From: an uncultured Chloroflexia bacterium
GTDB lineage: Bacteria > Chloroflexota > Anaerolineae > JAAYZQ01
Reading direction: 5' to 3'
NCBI GenBank assembly: GCA_963700285.1
Contig: CAVOXA010000001.1
Location: 1,056,001 to 1,120,000 of the forward strand
DNA: 64,000 nt
Shown: one piece after another, positions 62,393 through 64,000 of the stretch
Numbering within the stretch: position 1 is the stretch's first letter
How the letters are laid out: every line of letters begins with the position of its first letter
Notes under the pieces: model-generated
What the model was told of the DNA's origin: nothing
Databases searched by the model: none
What the model saw: the letters and a program-made list of their open reading frames with translations, nothing else
Program-made: the position numbers and the translations under genes

Positions 62393-62831
62393 TTCCTGCT
62401 CCCAGGTACACATACTGCTGGGCGTCAAATTCCCAGTCAAGGATGGCTTCCAACTCTACCTCGATGTGCGGCCGCAGAGGGTCAATGCGCTTGACCAGGT
62501 GCACGTCCACGATCCGGTTGTCGTTGACGCCCAGGGCATCGCAGATGGCATCCTGGGCGATCTTGAGCCCGCCGTCCAGATCCCGGCGGCGGGGAGTCTC
62601 GAAATAGAAATCGATGAACAGTCCGACAAAGCCCTGGCGCAGGGCAGCTACCAGCGCATCGGAGATGGTTCCATCCGCCCAACGCTGGCGGATGGCTGTT
62701 CCCACGTCTTTCTTGTACTTGCGGCTGGCTCTGCTCAGCACGCGCCTGCCATTGACCGTGGCGTATTGCTGGTTGATGCTGGGCGGCAGCGGCAACTCGA
62801 ACCTTGCTCGCAGCGCATGATCGGTCGTCAT
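62376..62831 (-). CDS. RusA-family Holliday junction resolvase
   Basis: PLPPSINQQY, RRRDLDGGLK..DAI..NDNRI. Confidence 0.85.
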   Translation of the reverse strand: MTTDHALRARFELPLPPSINQQYATVNGRRVLSRASRKYKKDVGTAIRQRWADGTISDALVAALRQGFVGLFIDFYFETPRRRDLDGGLKIAQDAICDALGVNDNRIVDVHLVKRIDPLRPHIEVELEAILDWEFDAQQYVYLGAGNEEGS

Positions 62832-63248
62832 GCCCTCAGTGTAGCACGTTTGTTCGGATCTGGCAAGGGCTGGCTGCGGTGCGTTGCACGCCTATTATAC
62901 CACATTCTGTCAATGTGGGCCAGCGGGTTGGTCACCCTCCTGCTCACAGAGCATGTCATCACGCTGGATCCGGAGTTCATCGAATTGCACAGTCACCAAC
63001 CTTTGTGATCTTTTGCGGGAGCACGAATTACACTTCATGATGCTCGCTGCGTAGAATTGCTGGTGCCAGCAGCCAACTACTTGACAATGCACACAGGTTG
63101 TGATAAGGTATTCTCCGATCAGATAGGTCTGGCTCAGATATTTGGGCACTCTCCTTGACCGCTTGAGCGGGCCGCTTGGGCTGCTCGAACGGGACGACAT
63201 GGACATACACGGTTGGCCGCGGTACAATCCGGGGCCGGAGGGTGAGTG

Positions 63249-64000
63249 ATGACCGCGTTGCAGACTGCCCCTTACTCCTCCAGGGTCCTCCCCGAAGGCA
63301 CGGTGACCTTCCTTTTCTCCGATATCGAAGGCTCCACGCAACTGCTCTACCGCCTGGGCGACCAGGTCACGGCGGTGCTGGCCGAGCATCACCGCATCCT
63401 GCGGGAGGCGGTGGCCCACGGCGGCGGTCAGGTGGTGCGCACAGAGGGAGATGCCTTCTTTGTGGCCTTCCCCCGCGCTACCGATGCTGTGGCCGCGGCC
63501 GTGGAGGCGCAACGCAGCTTGGCACAACACGCCTGGCCTGAGGGCGCGGCGATCCGGGTGCGCATGGGGCTGCACACGGGCGAGCCCGAGGTGGCGCTGG
63601 ACGACTATGTCGGGCATCGACGTGCACCGCGCGGCGCGCATCGCCCACGTGGGCTACGGCGGCCAGGTGCTGCTCTCGGAGACGACAGCGGCGCTGGCTG
63701 GGGACGAGCTGCCACCCGGTGTGAGCCTGCTGGACCTGGGCCGGCATCTGCTGAAGGACATCCGCCGGCCGGAACGCATCTGCCAGTTGCAGATCGAGGG
63801 CCTGCCCGCCGAGTTCCCGCCGCTGAAGATCGCTGGGCACGCTTGCCCCCGGAAGGGGCGCGGCTTGCCCGGCAGGTGGGCGCCTGCCCCTATCGCGGCC
63901 TGGCGGCCTTCCGCGAGGCCGATGCGCCGTTCTACTGCGGGCGCGAGGCGTTCGTCGGCCAGTTGGAGCAGGCGGTGCGGCGCCAGGCCGTTGACGGCGG
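63249..64000 (+). CDS. Class III adenylate/guanylate cyclase domain followed by the start of an nSTAND1 NTPase (3'-truncated, frameshifted)
   Basis: VTFLFSDIEGST, EGDAFF, VRMGLHTGE, VHRAARI; CPYRGLAAFREADA..GRE. Confidence 0.85.
   Translation, partial: MTALQTAPYSSRVLPEGTVTFLFSDIEGSTQLLYRLGDQVTAVLAEHHRILREAVAHGGGQVVRTEGDAFFVAFPRATDAVAAAVEAQRSLAQHAWPEGAAIRVRMGLHTGEPEVALDDYVGHRRAPRGAHRPRGLRRPGAALGDDSGAGWGRAATRCEPAGPGPASAEGHPPAGTHLPVADRGPARRVPAAEDRWARLPPEGARLARQVGACPYRGLAAFREADAPFYCGREAFVGQLEQAVRRQAVDG

Noticed and set aside
62376-62831. RusA as a prophage marker
   Set aside because: It is co-oriented and overlapping with tsaA and a phosphoesterase, and no phage genes are adjacent

Overview
A 64 kb chromosomal segment from a GC-rich anaerobic bacterium. 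Gene content and style suggest Chloroflexota/Anaerolineae (inference). It mixes housekeeping genes (alaS, ruvX, mltG, trmFO, pdp, mutM, maf, S1 protein, LonC-type protease) with a ptb/2-oxoacid:ferredoxin oxidoreductase operon, secreted proteins and two B12 radical SAM enzymes. Several stretches (about 6.2-11.4, 50.6-53.3 and 57.6-64 kb) carry many frameshifts, most likely assembly or consensus errors. Two observations stand out. (1) A giant SecA: its helical-wing region holds about 1,340 aa, including 12 or more tandem 63-aa helical repeats with a 189-nt period. (2) Four probable selenoproteins that the ORF track splits, truncates or misses: a UxxC glutaredoxin-PDZ, a membrane-anchored UxxC thioredoxin, an FmdB zinc ribbon with a C-terminal U, and a 58-aa membrane microprotein. 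Each in-frame TGA is followed by the same type of 7-8 bp hairpin with a G-T-N triloop, a candidate lineage SECIS. Three of them sit in one operon with trxA and a CsoR-family repressor, behind a CsoR-type palindrome. No rRNA, tRNA, CRISPR array or intact mobile element was recognised.
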